From Amoebophrya sp. A120 (lineage: Eukaryota > Protista > Dinoflagellata): a stretch of DNA of 64,000 nt. A program made the position numbers and the translations under genes. Shown here piece after piece: positions 1 to 12,846 of the stretch. The notes beneath the pieces were generated by a model. It did not search any database, had not been told where the DNA came from, and was given only the letters and a program-made list of their open reading frames with translations. Location of the stretch: the NCBI GenBank assembly GCA_905178155.1, contig CAJINV010000004.1, positions 628,629 to 692,628 on the forward strand, written 5' to 3'. Positions within the stretch are counted from its first letter, which is position 1. The number at the start of each line of letters is the position of its first letter.

Positions 1-145
1 GCAAGCAAGCAATAGCAAGCAAGCAATAGCAAGCAAGCAATAGCCAGCAAACAATAGCAAGCAAGCAATGGCAAGCAAGCAATAGCAAGCAAGAAATAGC
101 AAGCAAGCAATAGCCAGCAAGCAATAGCAAGCAAGCAATAGCAAA
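1..145. repeat. Tandem repeat, ~14-bp unit GCAAGCAAGCAATA
   Basis: About 10 near-identical units read directly; an inverted partial copy (ttgctattgcttgctat) lies at ~176-192. Confidence 0.9.
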
Positions 146-386
146 GAGCCAAAAGCAAAGGAAAAGAAAAAAGGCTTGCTATTGCTTGCTATTAGTGCCG
201 TCACCTTCCGGGCTGGTTGCGAGTTTGGCGACTCGCAACCAACCAAGACCAAAGCCCAAAGCACCACCACCCAAGCGCCGTATTTACCAACACTACAGGA
301 ATCGACTTTGCGAGCCCAGCGGGCCCCCGAAGGGCCCGCGCCAAGGGCTCGTATACTATAAGGGCAAGACATGTCATTGTTCCTCC

Positions 387-1035
387 CAAAGCTTCTGAAG
401 GTCTGACCTTCTGAAGAGCTTCTGAAGGTAAAAGTTGCATTTTCAACCTTCAGAAGGTCAAAAAAACTGGCCGGCTATTTTTCATTGTAAAAAGCGCAGA
501 ATTAGCTCGCGAAAACAAAAACGGAGGTCATTTTTTGCAACCTTCAGAAGGTTCAGTCTTCTGAAGGTTTTTTTTCACCTTCTGAAGATTTTTTTCGATT
601 TTTTGACAAAAAAAGCTTCAGAAGACTAAAAAACGACTTTTTTAAACCTTCAGAAGGTAGGCAATCTTCTGAAGGTCTGCACGATATAGCAACGTCGCAA
701 ACCTTCAGAAGACTGCCGCTTTTTTTCTCGTAAAAAATGGCCAAAAATCAGGACAACCAAAAACACCTTCAGAAGACTCAAAATCTTCTGAAGGTTTTTT
801 CAAAATTGTCGCACTTTGACAAAAATCGAAAAAGTAAAAGCAGCACACCTTCAGAAGGTTTTGGCTTTTGAACCTTCTGAAGGTGGATCTTCTGAAGAAT
901 CTTCAGAAGGTCCAGCAAAATGTGCTGCTTTTGTTGCGCGCGAATCTGTTTGCCCGATTGAAAACGCCGCTTTCTCTGAAACCCAACGCGTAGGCTTTAG
1001 GATAAACCTTCAGAAGGTATTCTTCAGAAGCTTTG
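387..1035. mobile_element. MITE-like element built from CTTCWGAAG motifs
   Basis: 14-bp inverted ends caaagcttctgaag (387-400) / cttcagaagctttg (1022-1035); about 19 internal copies of near-palindromic CTTCWGAAG; no clear TSD. Confidence 0.5.
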
Positions 1036-1606
1036 TAGCTTTTTCTGCTGCGCCATCACCTTTTTTTTCGAGCGCAAAGCCCAAAAGCAAGCCACTCGGT
1101 TTCTTCTGCAAAAGAAGGCGCTGCTCGATCAAGCGTGCTCTGTTCTATTTTCGTTAATATCGCGACGCCTAGCTGTTCTCGTGTTCATTGAAAAAAAGCC
1201 ACAGGCGTGTGTCACTGGTTGTAGTAGACATACAACATCATGCAGAAGAGCTGCACAATCTTCGCCTCCCAACATCCATTTCAACCGTAACAAAAAAAAA
1301 TGAAGACAAAAGACATCAATTACTAGATCATCTCCAAGCACAAGAGTTTCAAAAGTGGTGTGAGTTTACTAATACTGTTCTTGTTGAGTGCTCAGCTCTA
1401 GTACTTTTGCATAGTATCTGGTCTCGCGAGACGACCCTAGATGATGTTATTTTCAAAGTGAAAAGTGATCCTCCCACTCCCTTCACAAAAAATGGGAAAT
1501 GCTGCCTCAACATCTAGACAATTTGCGCGGACCATAATTTTTTCTTGTAATGGAAATTAATTGCTCGATTTCTGGAAATTAATTGCAAACATCAGGCGGG
1601 TAATTA

Positions 1607-1924
1607 TATGAGTTGCGCGTATGTCTGGGTCTGGAAGGTCTTCGCGGGAGTTAGTCACGCAGGTTTTATTTCCACGACTCGTAGTCAGTGTCGAAGATGC
1701 ATCCTGTACCTGTACTAACAGTGCAGATTTCCTATGCGAAGCCTTGTTCATGCCTACCCCACATGCGAACAGCCCTGCTCCACGAGGGGCAAAAAAAAAT
1801 GACTGTCTTTTGCTGCTCATGCACCATGCCAGTTTCTCGTTTTTCTATGATGGTCGAAAATTAGCATCACATACTTGCAGATTCCTTTTTTTTCCAGATC
1901 GTTGTAATATGTTTGCAGTTGATA
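1607..1924. mobile_element. Degenerate introner-family relic
   Basis: Starts tatgagttgc..atgtctgggtctggaagg and ends ttccagat..tttgcagttgata, like family A. Flanks do not match and the host gene could not be rebuilt. Confidence 0.5.
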
Positions 1925-4037
1925 GAGTGGGTGTTTTGACCAAAAGTGAACATTACGAACACCGAAGGCAAGACCAACAAGTAGCGGGCAAGATATATTA
2001 TCGCCCCAAAGCTACACTGTAATATTTTCTCGTCTATGTGAAATAGAAAACTAGCCGTGCGCAGCATCCGCGTTGAAAGCACTAGTTGCCGAAGGGGGGC
2101 GCTGCGGCGTTGCCGTTGGTTATGATTTCTATTGGCACCACTGGATTTGCAACCTTTCAGCGACCTTGTTCACCTATGTAGTTCGAGTTGCATGTGCGTT
2201 TTTCGATCGCGACAAAAGGTAAAGGCTACGCCGGACGACAACCAGCATCATCATCCAATTTTTCGCAGGTCGCTGTTGTGGATCAGAGCGCCTTTAAGAA
2301 GTGAGCGCAAAAGCATACTCCGGGTTTCCGGCAGGATCTTTGGAGATACAGGTATAGAAGCGTCAGGCTGGAAATCTGAATCTCTGAAACGACAACGATT
2401 TGGCATGCTTGTGCACTAAAGCAATACCAGCTCAACACGGAGCTTCGTATTCATTTGACCAGCTGTGCCGCATGTTGACAAAAAATTTGGCTGGGCCTAT
2501 AGGGACAATTGGTCACTCTGTTTGGAGCGAGTGCAAGCAGGTGCAGGTCACTGAGACTCACGCTGTTCAGCAGCGTCCCTAATTCTAAACTGCCCTCAGC
2601 CAATTAGAATACGAATCCTCCGCAGTAGCCTCATCTGCAGCAGAGCAGACATTTCGATGCGTGTGCCATGATTTTAGTTTTTCGCATTCTCAATGATTTC
2701 CGTGCCTTACAGATGATTTTTGTATAGTTACCGACTTTAAGCCTGGCGCTCCCATAGCAAGTACCACATCAAAAGGGAGGGGCCACGCCACTGTCCGCGT
2801 GCGCCACGGTACTGCCGGGCGCGCGCAGGGACTCCTCGCTAATCTTTTTCCTGCCCCGCGCTCACCACAGCCGCAGCAAAAGGGACGCTAATGGGCAGCG
2901 CGGGAGCCCCTTGGGGCCCTTCTTGCCCGTGAACCCACTCACCGGCAGCGCGCATTTTTTCGCGCAGAGTCCCCATTGGGCCCTTCCCTACCCCATTGAA
3001 AAACCATAGCATGGGGCGCGCACGGGCCGGTTGTGAGGCCGCTCCCCCGCCACTCGTGTGACCCGTGGCATAGTCGCTCATAGCCTCCCCTGGTGTTCTT
3101 TTTTTTTTCGGCGGAAGCCTCTTGCGAACTTTTGCAAAAGTGCCAGGCCGGCAATTTTTTTCCCCGGCCTTCTCTTTTTCATTTAATAAAAAAAAACACA
3201 ACGCCGCGGGCCGGCAAAGTGGCGGCCCTTGCTCTGGGGCGCCCGCCGCCGCCGCCTTCGATTCCTGCAGCCAGGCGATTTGTGGCGCCGAAGAGAATCC
3301 TCGAACGAAAGCACGAGGCCGCGCGCAAAATGGAGACGCCTCAGGCGCAGGCCGCACGCACGCGGCCGCGATTTTTGGGCGTCTTGCGTTGCCATAAGGG
3401 CTGCCGGCTGCCCGCCGGGTATCTGGCTGGGTGGTTTCGCGACAGTGGCGCCCCTCAAAAGATGAAACACAAGAGCGACCAAGGGCGCTGCGTCGTCCCT
3501 GCCGGGTCCTTTTCTGCCTTGGGCGCGCTCCAATTAATTTTCCACGCAGTTGGCAGGGGTGATGGCTGCCCAGCGGAAGGCCCGCGCCGAAACACGCAGG
3601 CCGGAAATTCGGGGGTGATGTTGCTGGTTCGATGTCCAGGGCGGGCGCCAACAGCATTTTGCCCTACCTAACATTGGCCGCCCGGCCGCCGTGTGGCTGT
3701 CGTCAAGGACTGGACCTCTTGGATTTGTGCCAAAGCCATGAGGACACGGCGGGCGTTTTCCCAAACTTGCAAAAGAAAGCTGGTCTCTGAGTTACATTGA
3801 AAGTGGGCCCGCGAAGACGAGCTCTCCAGCAAATTTACTCCGCATTGGGGACCATTTGCTTGAACCTCAGCTAACGAGCACACCGGCAGCCTTTTGGAAA
3901 AAACTTTGCTAGCCAACTAGCAAACGGGCACGCACGCTCGAGGATCTTCACGACGGTCATTTCCGTTGTCGTAGCAAATTTGTCAAACTCACTGTCACTT
4001 TCAGCTTCACGCATTGTCGCGAACAACTTACCCAGCG

Positions 4038-4841
4038 ATGCAAATTCTCGGCAAGCTGAAGGTCGAGCTGGCGCTTGTCGCTTTGTCCATGATGTTGGGC
4101 CTACTCACTTTCGCGGCTGCCTACATCGATGGAGCCAATAAGATGGCATCTGGTTTGACCGAGGTGCTAGCAGACGCCGAGTTTAGCGACGAGCCCACGT
4201 TTTTGGGCGACTCATTTTATTCGCCCGAAGGCGAGGAAGTGTTCTCCATGTTGGAGCCGCAGGGGAGTGGGGTGATGGATTGGAAGCTCGCGTACGCGTC
4301 GTATGAAGACCTCCCTGCTTTGCCTTTCCCCGGCAACTATCACCAGGACGATCCAAAATGGGACGCCCGCCTCGGACTTGGCGGGACCACTTATGAGCTG
4401 TTGTACTTTGCGGACCGACGACTGCCGAGTGGCCTCGGTATAGATATGAAAAGTGCGCCGGCCGGTCCGGAGGACGAGAAGAAGAGACTTCCGCTCGGTG
4501 GAATCGCCGAGCTCTTGACTATCCAGCAATTCTATCATGATAATAAAGATGCGAAGAAGCTACACGGTTTCCTCGCGCCACCTCTGAAGCTGCCCGTCAG
4601 TAAATATACAGCCGGAAGCAACAAGAAAACGAAAAAGGAAACTCCGTCGTGGGAGTTCTACAGCCTGCCTTTGTTTACCCCTATCCCTGCGCGTACGAAA
4701 AACGGCAACCTGGACTTAAGCGGGTACATAGAGCCAAGAATTAACCCCCCCCCGGACGGATGGTTTTATTCAACGCGCCCGGCCGCTGGCTTAAAACAAA
4801 ATAAAAAGCGCTGGCCAAATTTGATCGCTTCCAGCCCTTAA
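4038..4841 (+). CDS. Hypothetical intronless protein with N-terminal hydrophobic (signal/TM) segment
   Basis: Protein-like composition inside otherwise low-complexity DNA; ATG at 4038; hydrophobic LALVALSMMLGLLTFAAAY; no family recognised. Confidence 0.45.
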   Translation: MQILGKLKVELALVALSMMLGLLTFAAAYIDGANKMASGLTEVLADAEFSDEPTFLGDSFYSPEGEEVFSMLEPQGSGVMDWKLAYASYEDLPALPFPGNYHQDDPKWDARLGLGGTTYELLYFADRRLPSGLGIDMKSAPAGPEDEKKRLPLGGIAELLTIQQFYHDNKDAKKLHGFLAPPLKLPVSKYTAGSNKKTKKETPSWEFYSLPLFTPIPARTKNGNLDLSGYIEPRINPPPDGWFYSTRPAAGLKQNKKRWPNLIASSP

Positions 4842-5595
4842 GCGCCGAAATCGATGAAATTTCGCCAGCAGCGCCCATTTATTTATCATAGTGATTTTCT
4901 TGCCGACGCGCCTGGGGGTCGTGTGGTGGGGCTGTGCCTCTAGGTGCGATAGCGGAAACCACCGCGCGCCGCTCAATTTGTGGCAGCCCGCCCGCGGCCC
5001 TCTGTTTCTCGCGGCTCGGGAGAGAGGCGGTGGAGGTGTTCTGTCGGCGGGGGGGGGGGCGAAGTGGTGCCTGACAGACTTTTTGGGCCGCCACCCAGCC
5101 TGGCTGCGGAGGGGGGGCCCGACTGCGCGCGCCCAGTCTTTCTTAGGAGAGTCCGCGGGAAACTCAGCGCGCACGGCGTGCGCCTGCTTCCAGGGGCGCC
5201 AGTGTTGCGTTGGGCGCTGGCGGCCTGCCATCGTTTCGGTGGCTTCCGTGTTTCGCCTTTCGCAGGTGCAGCGATGTGAGCCTGTTGCCCATCCAAGGCG
5301 GCTGGTTGCCCGGCTAGAAAGCGCAGCCCGCCGGGGTCTGAGATATGTAAGTATGGGTGGCGTTGAAGGCCCGCGCCGGCCGGCCCGTGCCAGCCTCCCT
5401 CGCAATCAGCCAGCCGGGCCTTTCCTTTGTGAGTGCCCGCGCGGGCGCTGCCACTGATGGGGGCGGCGCCCGTGCCTGGCCGCCATTGTGTGGGCGCGGG
5501 GCCTAAGCCTGGCTGCCAGCACCATCAGAAGCGCGGAACCGGCCGGCCTTTGTGGTGTCTCACCATCAGAAGTGCGAACTAGCTACGAGGGCCGG

Positions 5596-6567
5596 CATCC
5601 TGTGCAGAAGTATAGTGCTCGTAGTCATTGCTTTCATGCGCCGCAAATTTTTTTCTTAATAAGGTAAATCCGCATGACAAATTTTATTTCTCATGCTGGG
5701 GAAATTCAAATTTGTATGTAGTGAGGTCACCGAACGGTTCTAACCAGGGAGCTTTTTTGCCACCCAAACAGCAAAACGACCGGCAGTTTCTAAGCGGTCG
5801 GAGGGCTTTTTGCACAAAAAAAAATTTCAATTTTCAAGCGGCCCTGGCTGACCTGGCACCGAATCGCCAGCGGATTCTATCGGTCGCCGCTGGGTAAAAC
5901 GACGCTCGCAGGGAAGCCGGCACAGGAGCGCCCTTCTGAGGCGCACAGCGCGTCTAATTTTGCCGATTTGGGGCGCCCAAAAAGGGGCGCCGAAAAAATA
6001 CCATAACGAAAAAAACTGCGAATCCGCATGCTATGGTCGCCATTTTTGCCGACTTCCCGAGGTCGCAAAGCCGGCCACCAAAGTCGGGCATTTGTAATGC
6101 GGGGAGCAATCCAAAAAGTGCGACTCTTCAACAAAAAGAAAACAAAGAGCGGAAAGCTCGCCAAAAGCTGAAAGCTAACTCGCATGCTATGGGCCCGATT
6201 TTGGGAGCCCATGGAGTCGGGATGGGTGGGGGCCCTGGGGTGGCTATAGCATGCGGGAAAGCGTTTCGATTCAGGAGGCGGCAGGGGCGCGGCTTTTCAA
6301 CAAAAAAAACCAAAGGACGCAAATCCCGCCAAAAGCAGCAAGCCAGCCCGCACGCTATGGCCCCGATTTGGGGGGCCCACAGGGCCGACCCCGGCGGAGG
6401 CCCTTGTGGGGCCATAGTGTGCGGGAAAGCGTTACTCCTCTGAAAAGAGCAAAAAGACCCGGCGCCGTTCCGTCGAAAAAACGAAACCCGCGGGACCTCA
6501 CTACCCCCGCCTTGGCGGCTATATTTGGTAACGCATTTGTACGAGTGCGATACTTTTGCAATGCATA
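5596..6567. mobile_element. Introner-family element (family C) in non-coding DNA, interrupted by a nested insertion
   Basis: Perfect DR gccgg (5591-95 / 6568-72). Ends catcctgtgcagaagtatagtgctcgta / tacgagtgcgatacttttgcaatgcata. Internal atccgcatgacaaattttatttctc matches the 40221 intron. Confidence 0.8.
5714..6523 (+). mobile_element. Helentron-associated non-autonomous element (HINE/DINE-1-like)
   Basis: 11-bp subterminal inverted repeats gtagtgaggtc (5718-28) / gacctcactac (6494-6504); 3' stem-loop ccgcc-tt-ggcgg; T-runs on both flanks. Confidence 0.6.
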
Positions 6568-9500
6568 GCCGGGGCGCACCGCCTAAAGTCCTAAAAAGTA
6601 AGTCCTGCCCTGCCCGATCCGAAGTGCGGAGCTGGCGGGAGTGAAGTGTGTACACCAGACGCGCACCATCAGAAGTGCGGAACTTGCGCGCCCGGGCGTA
6701 CCATCTTCAAGTCAAGATGGATGGATGGATGCGTGGAGGGATGGGCGGGCAGTTCGTGGCACGCGCCGCGCGCTTCGGCTGCTGCTTGCCTGCATCCATT
6801 GGGGCAGGCCAATGGCTCTCGCTCCCGGCCCGTCCGCCCGTTGATCGCCAAGCCCGCTTTATTTTATTTTGCCGACCCGACAGGGACAGCCACACGAAAT
6901 CCACGCGAACGTCCGTGGCCTGTGTGTGGGTCTGTCTGTCAGTCTTTGACCGAATGACCTGCGCCGCCTCCGCGCGGCGACTCTCTTTATTTTTTGGCAT
7001 TCGGCCGGGCGGCCTCGTCCCGGCCGGCCGATCGTGCAACGCACCGCAAAAGCACCGCGTCGGCCCTCCGGGGGGAACCAATTGGGTTGGGGGAGGCAGG
7101 CACGCCGGCCCCGGATCGCCAAGCAAACCAAAGCGCCTCGGGCATGGGGCCGCGCGCCAGTCTGCCCCATTTAGTAAGAAAGTGCGCGCGCCCTCTATTG
7201 GTTGGCCCCGGACTACTTGCGCGGCCGCCGCGCACGCCAGCGGGCGCGCCCGCGGGCGGCGCCGGCAATCTTGTGCGGCCTGCCGGCTCCTTTGACTGCG
7301 CAAAGCCTAGCAGCAGGAGCCCACCTCCGTGCCTGGTTGGCCTGCTCGACCCATCGGGGCGGGGGGCGGGGGGTTGTTCGAGCCCGCTGGCAAGCCTGCG
7401 TGCCCGCCGGCGGCCGGCCGCCCGTTTTTTTGTTTTATTTTGGCCCGGGCGCCCTCCTCTTTGAAGGCCCGCTCCGCTGATGCCCGCCCGTCCGTGCGCA
7501 TTAGCTGGGGCGAATCAATATAGGAAAACGATCGGCCGGGGGAAGCCGCCTGTGGCCCCTTTGATTGGGGCCGGCGAACAGATGGAAGCGGCGCCCGGCG
7601 CTGCGGCAGGGCAATGTGGTAGCGGCCTGGCCCCTCTTTGCTGCCTTTGCGGCCGCTGCGATGGATCGTTCCTTTTCAGTCGTGGCATCGGCGGGCGGGC
7701 GGGCCTGCTTCGGCGCGCTTCTTTTGATGCGCCTACCTCCTACGCCACCCGCGCCCCCCGGGCGAGCGTGCGAGCCCGGGTTTTTTGTTTCTGGTGGCCC
7801 AGCCCCCCCCCCCGTTTGCCGGCCCGGGCTTTTTTTGTGCCTTTGGCCTCCTGTCCCTGGAACTTGCATGCAGACCTCCGGGGCCGTCCTCAATTTTGCT
7901 GGAGGAGCTCCACCGGTTTCCCCGAGGCTGCTCGCAGCCGGCTTTCAGCCGCCGCCCGGAACGCTTCGCTCCGGAAGCCGTAATCCCATGGCACCCCGGG
8001 CCCGCTCTGGGTGTTGGGGCAAAGCCATTCCCGGCGGCCGTTTTGTGGCCCCAAGTTGGCGGCCGCCTCCGCAGCTTTTTTGGTTTTTGAAGGTTGGCCC
8101 CCTTCCTGTTTTGCGCGTTGGGCGGCGGCCTGGACAAAAGCGGCGGGGCAATTAGGCTCAAGCGATGGCGCGCGCGCGCGCGCACTGTGCCAGCCTCCCT
8201 CTTTCCTATCAACCCCCCATCCATGCCCCGCCCAAACCCAAGCCCGTGGTGGGCAGGCCCGCAGCCGTTGCTCTGGGCGGTGGTTGGATTGGCTGGAAGC
8301 CCCGAACGCGCCCGGCGGCTTCGCGGCCGGGCGGGGGGCCGGATGGGTGCCTGGCGGTATCATCGGCGCCCGCCGCCTACTTCCCGCGCCTGCCCCCCCG
8401 CTCGCGCGGCCGATTCTCCGACCTGAGCGCGCGCTTCCTTTCTAGCGTTGGCTCGTTGGACCTGCCCCAGCAGGGCACTTCACCCGGCGCTTTGGCCCCC
8501 GCGCGCCCGGCCGCGCCTTTTGTTTCGATCGGGCGGGGCGGGAGGTTGATTGGACTGGTGGCCCGCCGCAAATAGCGGGCGCCCGTCCCGGGCGCGCGCC
8601 GAGAAGCGGTCGGCTCATGGTGCGTGAATACCGCATCCGCCGGCGGGCCCCCGTCTGTGTTGCCCGCCCCGCGGCGCGCCCGCCCTTGCGTTGCTTTTGC
8701 GGCGGCCCCGCCCGGGTTCGCCTCGGGCCCGGGGGCTACCTAGCATGGAAGCAAGCAAACTTAGATACCCGGACCCCTTGCATTGGTTTCGGCCGGTGTG
8801 CGGATTGGGCTCTTGTTATTTGGATTGCAACAAGCAGAAGCATGGCCGGGGCCCCATTGGGCCGGGGGCTTGCTGGCATAATTGGGGTGCGCGCCTTTCG
8901 TCGGCCAGCGGGGTGCGCTCCAACTCCCCGCGCTGCGCTTGCAGGGTGCTTGCGAAGTGTTTCGGGCGGCCCACCTGGTTCCCGAAACGAAGGGAGTGAC
9001 CGTGGGGCCAACGCCTGGGGCCGACGACGGGCGTCAGTGAGTGTCGTGAGATGTGGCCGGGCCGCCTCCCTCTCTTGCGCACGCCCGCCGGCGCTGCGTG
9101 GCTTCGCTCTAGTAGACTTACTATCTATGGCCAGCGCCCTCCGTCGGGTGTGTTGGTCGTGGCTCTGGCCCGGGGATTAAGAGGGCGGGCCTGGAAAAAG
9201 CATCGGCGCCCAACACCCCTGGGCGACCAACTCCTTCGCCGGCCCGCCGGCCGGCGGAAGGTTCCGCCTGCTGCGTTTCAGGACATGGCAGACCTTGGCT
9301 GTTGGTGTGCGGGAGAAAAAGGCGCCCGGCTTTTTTTTTTGAAAAAAGCGCGGAGGCCCTTGCCCAAGGCGCCAGGCCGGGCGGCCTTCCTTCGGATGGA
9401 ATCAATGCGCTTCGGCTGCACGGGCCGAAAGCCCCGCACTGGTGGAGGGTTGCTACACAGCTGGCGGCGCCCTTTTTGCTTGCTGGCCCCGTCTTGCGCG

Positions 9501-12027
9501 CCGGCGTTCGCGGCGTTTATTTTCATTAATTATCCCGAGGGCTGCCGGCGCGTGCCCGCGCATGCAATCAAAAAGGAAACACGCCGCGACCCCCCGCCGC
9601 GGGCGTGATGCCTTACTTTAATGAGGCCGCGCGCTGCGTCCGCACGCAGAAGAGCTGCTCTCGTTTTGTTTGGAATGCTTTGCTTGCAGCATCGGGGGCG
9701 CCAATGATCAAAGGGCGGCGCGCGCTCTACGGCCCACAGCCTGTCCCTGTAAAGGTTTCCGAGGAGCCTTGCGGAGGTTTGGCGCGGTTGTTTTTCGTGG
9801 TCGAGGTGCCGGCGCCGCCCCGCCTCACTCTCTTCATCCTGCGCGCCTTTGTCGGTCTGACAACGCCGCGCCCACATTTTGGCGCCCATCGGGCGACGCG
9901 TTCGAGGTCGGACTCGGATCCCGTTCTCGGTGTCTCGGACGGACAACAACCAGGCGCCCGGTGGCGCATTGGTTTGCTATGGCCATTTTTGGCTAAAGTC
10001 ATTGACAGGGCGGGTTAAAGCCATCCGTCGGGGGGGTCTGTCAATTTTTGCCGAGTGCGCCCTCATAGGCCGACATCTTCAAGAAGCGCGCCATGTATTT
10101 TGGAAAAGATAAAGCGGCGGGCGCCGCCGCGGACGCGGAGCTTGATCGTCACGCGTGGGATTATTTTCATAAAGGGTTACGCGTGGACACAATGTTATTG
10201 CTGCGGCACCATCGGGACTTCGCCAATCTGCGGAAAGTGTTCACTCATGAGCGCGAAACACAGCAAAAAGCGTGCGACTTCTACTAATCACGAAGATGGG
10301 GCGTCGTTTGTGGGTCTTGGTATCATCGCGCCGCCACCGGCAACGCACCCACTTCCAGTGGTTGACAGGCCGCAGCCTTTTCCTCGTGTCGCAGGCGTTG
10401 CGCGTGTTGCACCCGCGCACGCGGATAGAGGCCTGCGCGGCTCGTCGCGTTTGCGCCACTCCGCATCGGAAGTGCTTAGTCCGCAAGCCTAAGAATTGGC
10501 GGGCGTTTCTAAAATGTTTGACGGCGTTGGGCGTTGTATCCCAGGCCGAGCTTCAAAAGGCCGCGGCGCAGTGGCCCTGCTTCCCTTTAAACTTTAAAGA
10601 AGGGCGGGGCGTCAAGTGTCACCAGAGCCGCCGTCGCCGGCCGCGAAACTTTTTGCGAGCGACCGCGCAGGCAGGGCCGGCAGAGAGAAGGCCCGCCCCC
10701 TCCGCGCCCACGCCGTCGCTGCCTGTGATTAAAGTGCTGCCGTCCCTGGGCTCTGTGCCCGCGCGCTTTTATTTCTGCTGCGCGCGCCCGCATGTGAAGG
10801 AAGCCGACACCTTGTTTCCTAGCGTGCCCAGCAACGGGAAAGCGCCCCCCGCCCGCGCCCTCGCCTTAGCTAGCAGGCCCGGCAGGTTCTTTGGTAGCAT
10901 GCGCGCAGCCACTGTCTGGGTCCCGCGTGGCGCCCTCGCGTTTCGCCATCTCCCTGATCGAAGGCACACGCAGCCGCGATGCCGGTGCTCCGCTCCTCGT
11001 GCAAGCGCCCCCGCTGCAGCCCTTTCGTCGGCCGGATTGCAAAACTTGGCGAGGAAAAAGACGCGGGGCCCGGTTGTTCAAATTGGCGGGCCTGCGCTCG
11101 CCGCGCAGCGAGCCAGCGCCAGGCGCCGGGCGTCTTCGGCCCCATGCTTGCCCGGCAGCCGTGCCTAGGTAGAGCCGACGCGCAGCTTGAAGCCTCCCAC
11201 CGCCCAAGCGGCATCGCTCACCGAAGGAGGTGCGAAAGGAAGCTAGTGCGACCAATCTGCCGCCGGCCCTTCACCGCCCGCGCGCCCGGCCGCAGCGGCC
11301 TGGCTGCTAGGCAGAACGCATCCAGCCAGCGGAAGATCACACGCAGGAACGCAGCGCCCCCCCTGCCTTGTTCTGGGAATTGTCTGCGCAGGCCGCGGGC
11401 ACTCCTCGCACTCACACAGAGGGCCTCCAGGCTCGGGCGGGGCGGGGGCCGAGGGCTGCCTGTTGCCGCTGGCCGCGCGCGAGGCGTTGCAGCGGCGTCG
11501 GTGTTGCAGCAGCTCCGCGAGGCGTAGGCGCAGCCGGTCGCCCACCTGTTAGGGGTAGCGTGACTCAGTAATTGGCAGTCTCCATCGGTGTGCCTGTGGT
11601 TGGTGTTGCGCCGGTTCTTGCAGCTAGTTTGATACTGGGGGCGCCGCCTTCCTTTGGGGTTTGCGCCCAGCAGCTTGCCTGGCCGCGCCCGCCCTCCCCC
11701 CACATCTGGTTAGTTAGATGCAATAGATGGCCCGCGTTGTAAATTGTCTGGGCTCGCTTGGGGGGCCGGCCAGGCGGCGTGGCGGCAGCGACTTTCTTTG
11801 TCGCCTGTGTGTAAAGCCATTCCTTCGGCGCCATGTGTCGCCCGTACGGACCCCGCTCGACATCGGTGCCCGTTGTGTCGCGATTGCGCGCGGTTCCCGG
11901 TACGAAGCGAGTGCGCTTGTGGATCATAAGCAACATCGCGATGGTGCCGCAGCGCGCGACTGTCCGTCCATAGATTAACAGGCCCCTGCTGGGCTTCAGC
12001 GCGACCGACGTCGACGACGTCGAGGAG

Positions 12028-12846
12028 ATGTTTTCCAACTTCGCACAGCTCTGGGAAAAGAGCCGGGGACCAGGTGCGGCCGCGGCGTTAGCTGAGGGGC
12101 TCAGAAAAAGCATCGAAAACGAGGCCGACCCTTCGCTCCCAAAAGAAGTCGAACACTTTGTCGCGCAGAGCGTGAAGCAGGCGAAGAAAAGGGGGGGGGA
12201 GCACCCTACCCACAAGCGAGCCCGCATAACGGCGGAGAGGCTCGCTGGAGTACTTATTGCGGGCCGGGAGACGTGGCAGCGAATTCAACACATAGCGTGC
12301 AGCCTCGTTGAACGCGAATGGCATAAAGTGGCGCGACACGTTGCAAACAAGTTCGAACACAAGAAGCACCATGACGTTCACGAGCTGGCGAATTTGGTCC
12401 TTGAGGAAGTGGCGGGGAAGGGTGACGAACACAAGAATGACGAAGGCAAGCACCATCATGATGAGCAAACCAGGGCGATCTTTGCGAATGGGAAAGCGTT
12501 GCTCAAGAAAATCGACGAACAAACCATCCGCGACAAGGAACTACTGGAGCTGCGGGCGGTCCACAAATTTCTTACTAGTTCGATGAGTGTATCTGCCGAG
12601 GGGCTGCTGGGTGTGAAGTCGCTGAACGGGTGCGGCCCAGCGGGCGCCCCGAGTGCCCTTGTGGACCTGAGCCTGATTCGAAGAGACCGCCTGGAAGCGC
12701 ACATGGAGAATTTGAAAGCTGGAAAGGGTATTGGGGCGCTGCTACACTGGTACGCCGCGCGTGTACTCGCGGCCGGGGTTGTGTATGGTGGGCAACACAG
12801 CCACGTAGCTAGGGACGGGAAGTGTAAAAAAGTTTCATACCTATAA
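12028..12846 (+). CDS. Hypothetical protein (possibly the 3' part of a decayed gene)
   Basis: 272-aa ORF with helical, charged, protein-like composition; upstream frames (9605-11978) look like broken coding remnants; no family recognised. Confidence 0.4.
   Translation: MFSNFAQLWEKSRGPGAAAALAEGLRKSIENEADPSLPKEVEHFVAQSVKQAKKRGGEHPTHKRARITAERLAGVLIAGRETWQRIQHIACSLVEREWHKVARHVANKFEHKKHHDVHELANLVLEEVAGKGDEHKNDEGKHHHDEQTRAIFANGKALLKKIDEQTIRDKELLELRAVHKFLTSSMSVSAEGLLGVKSLNGCGPAGAPSALVDLSLIRRDRLEAHMENLKAGKGIGALLHWYAARVLAAGVVYGGQHSHVARDGKCKKVSYL

Noticed and set aside
1100-2700. Additional introner-split gene
   Set aside because: Relic motifs are present but I could not find DR pairs or a consistent frame.
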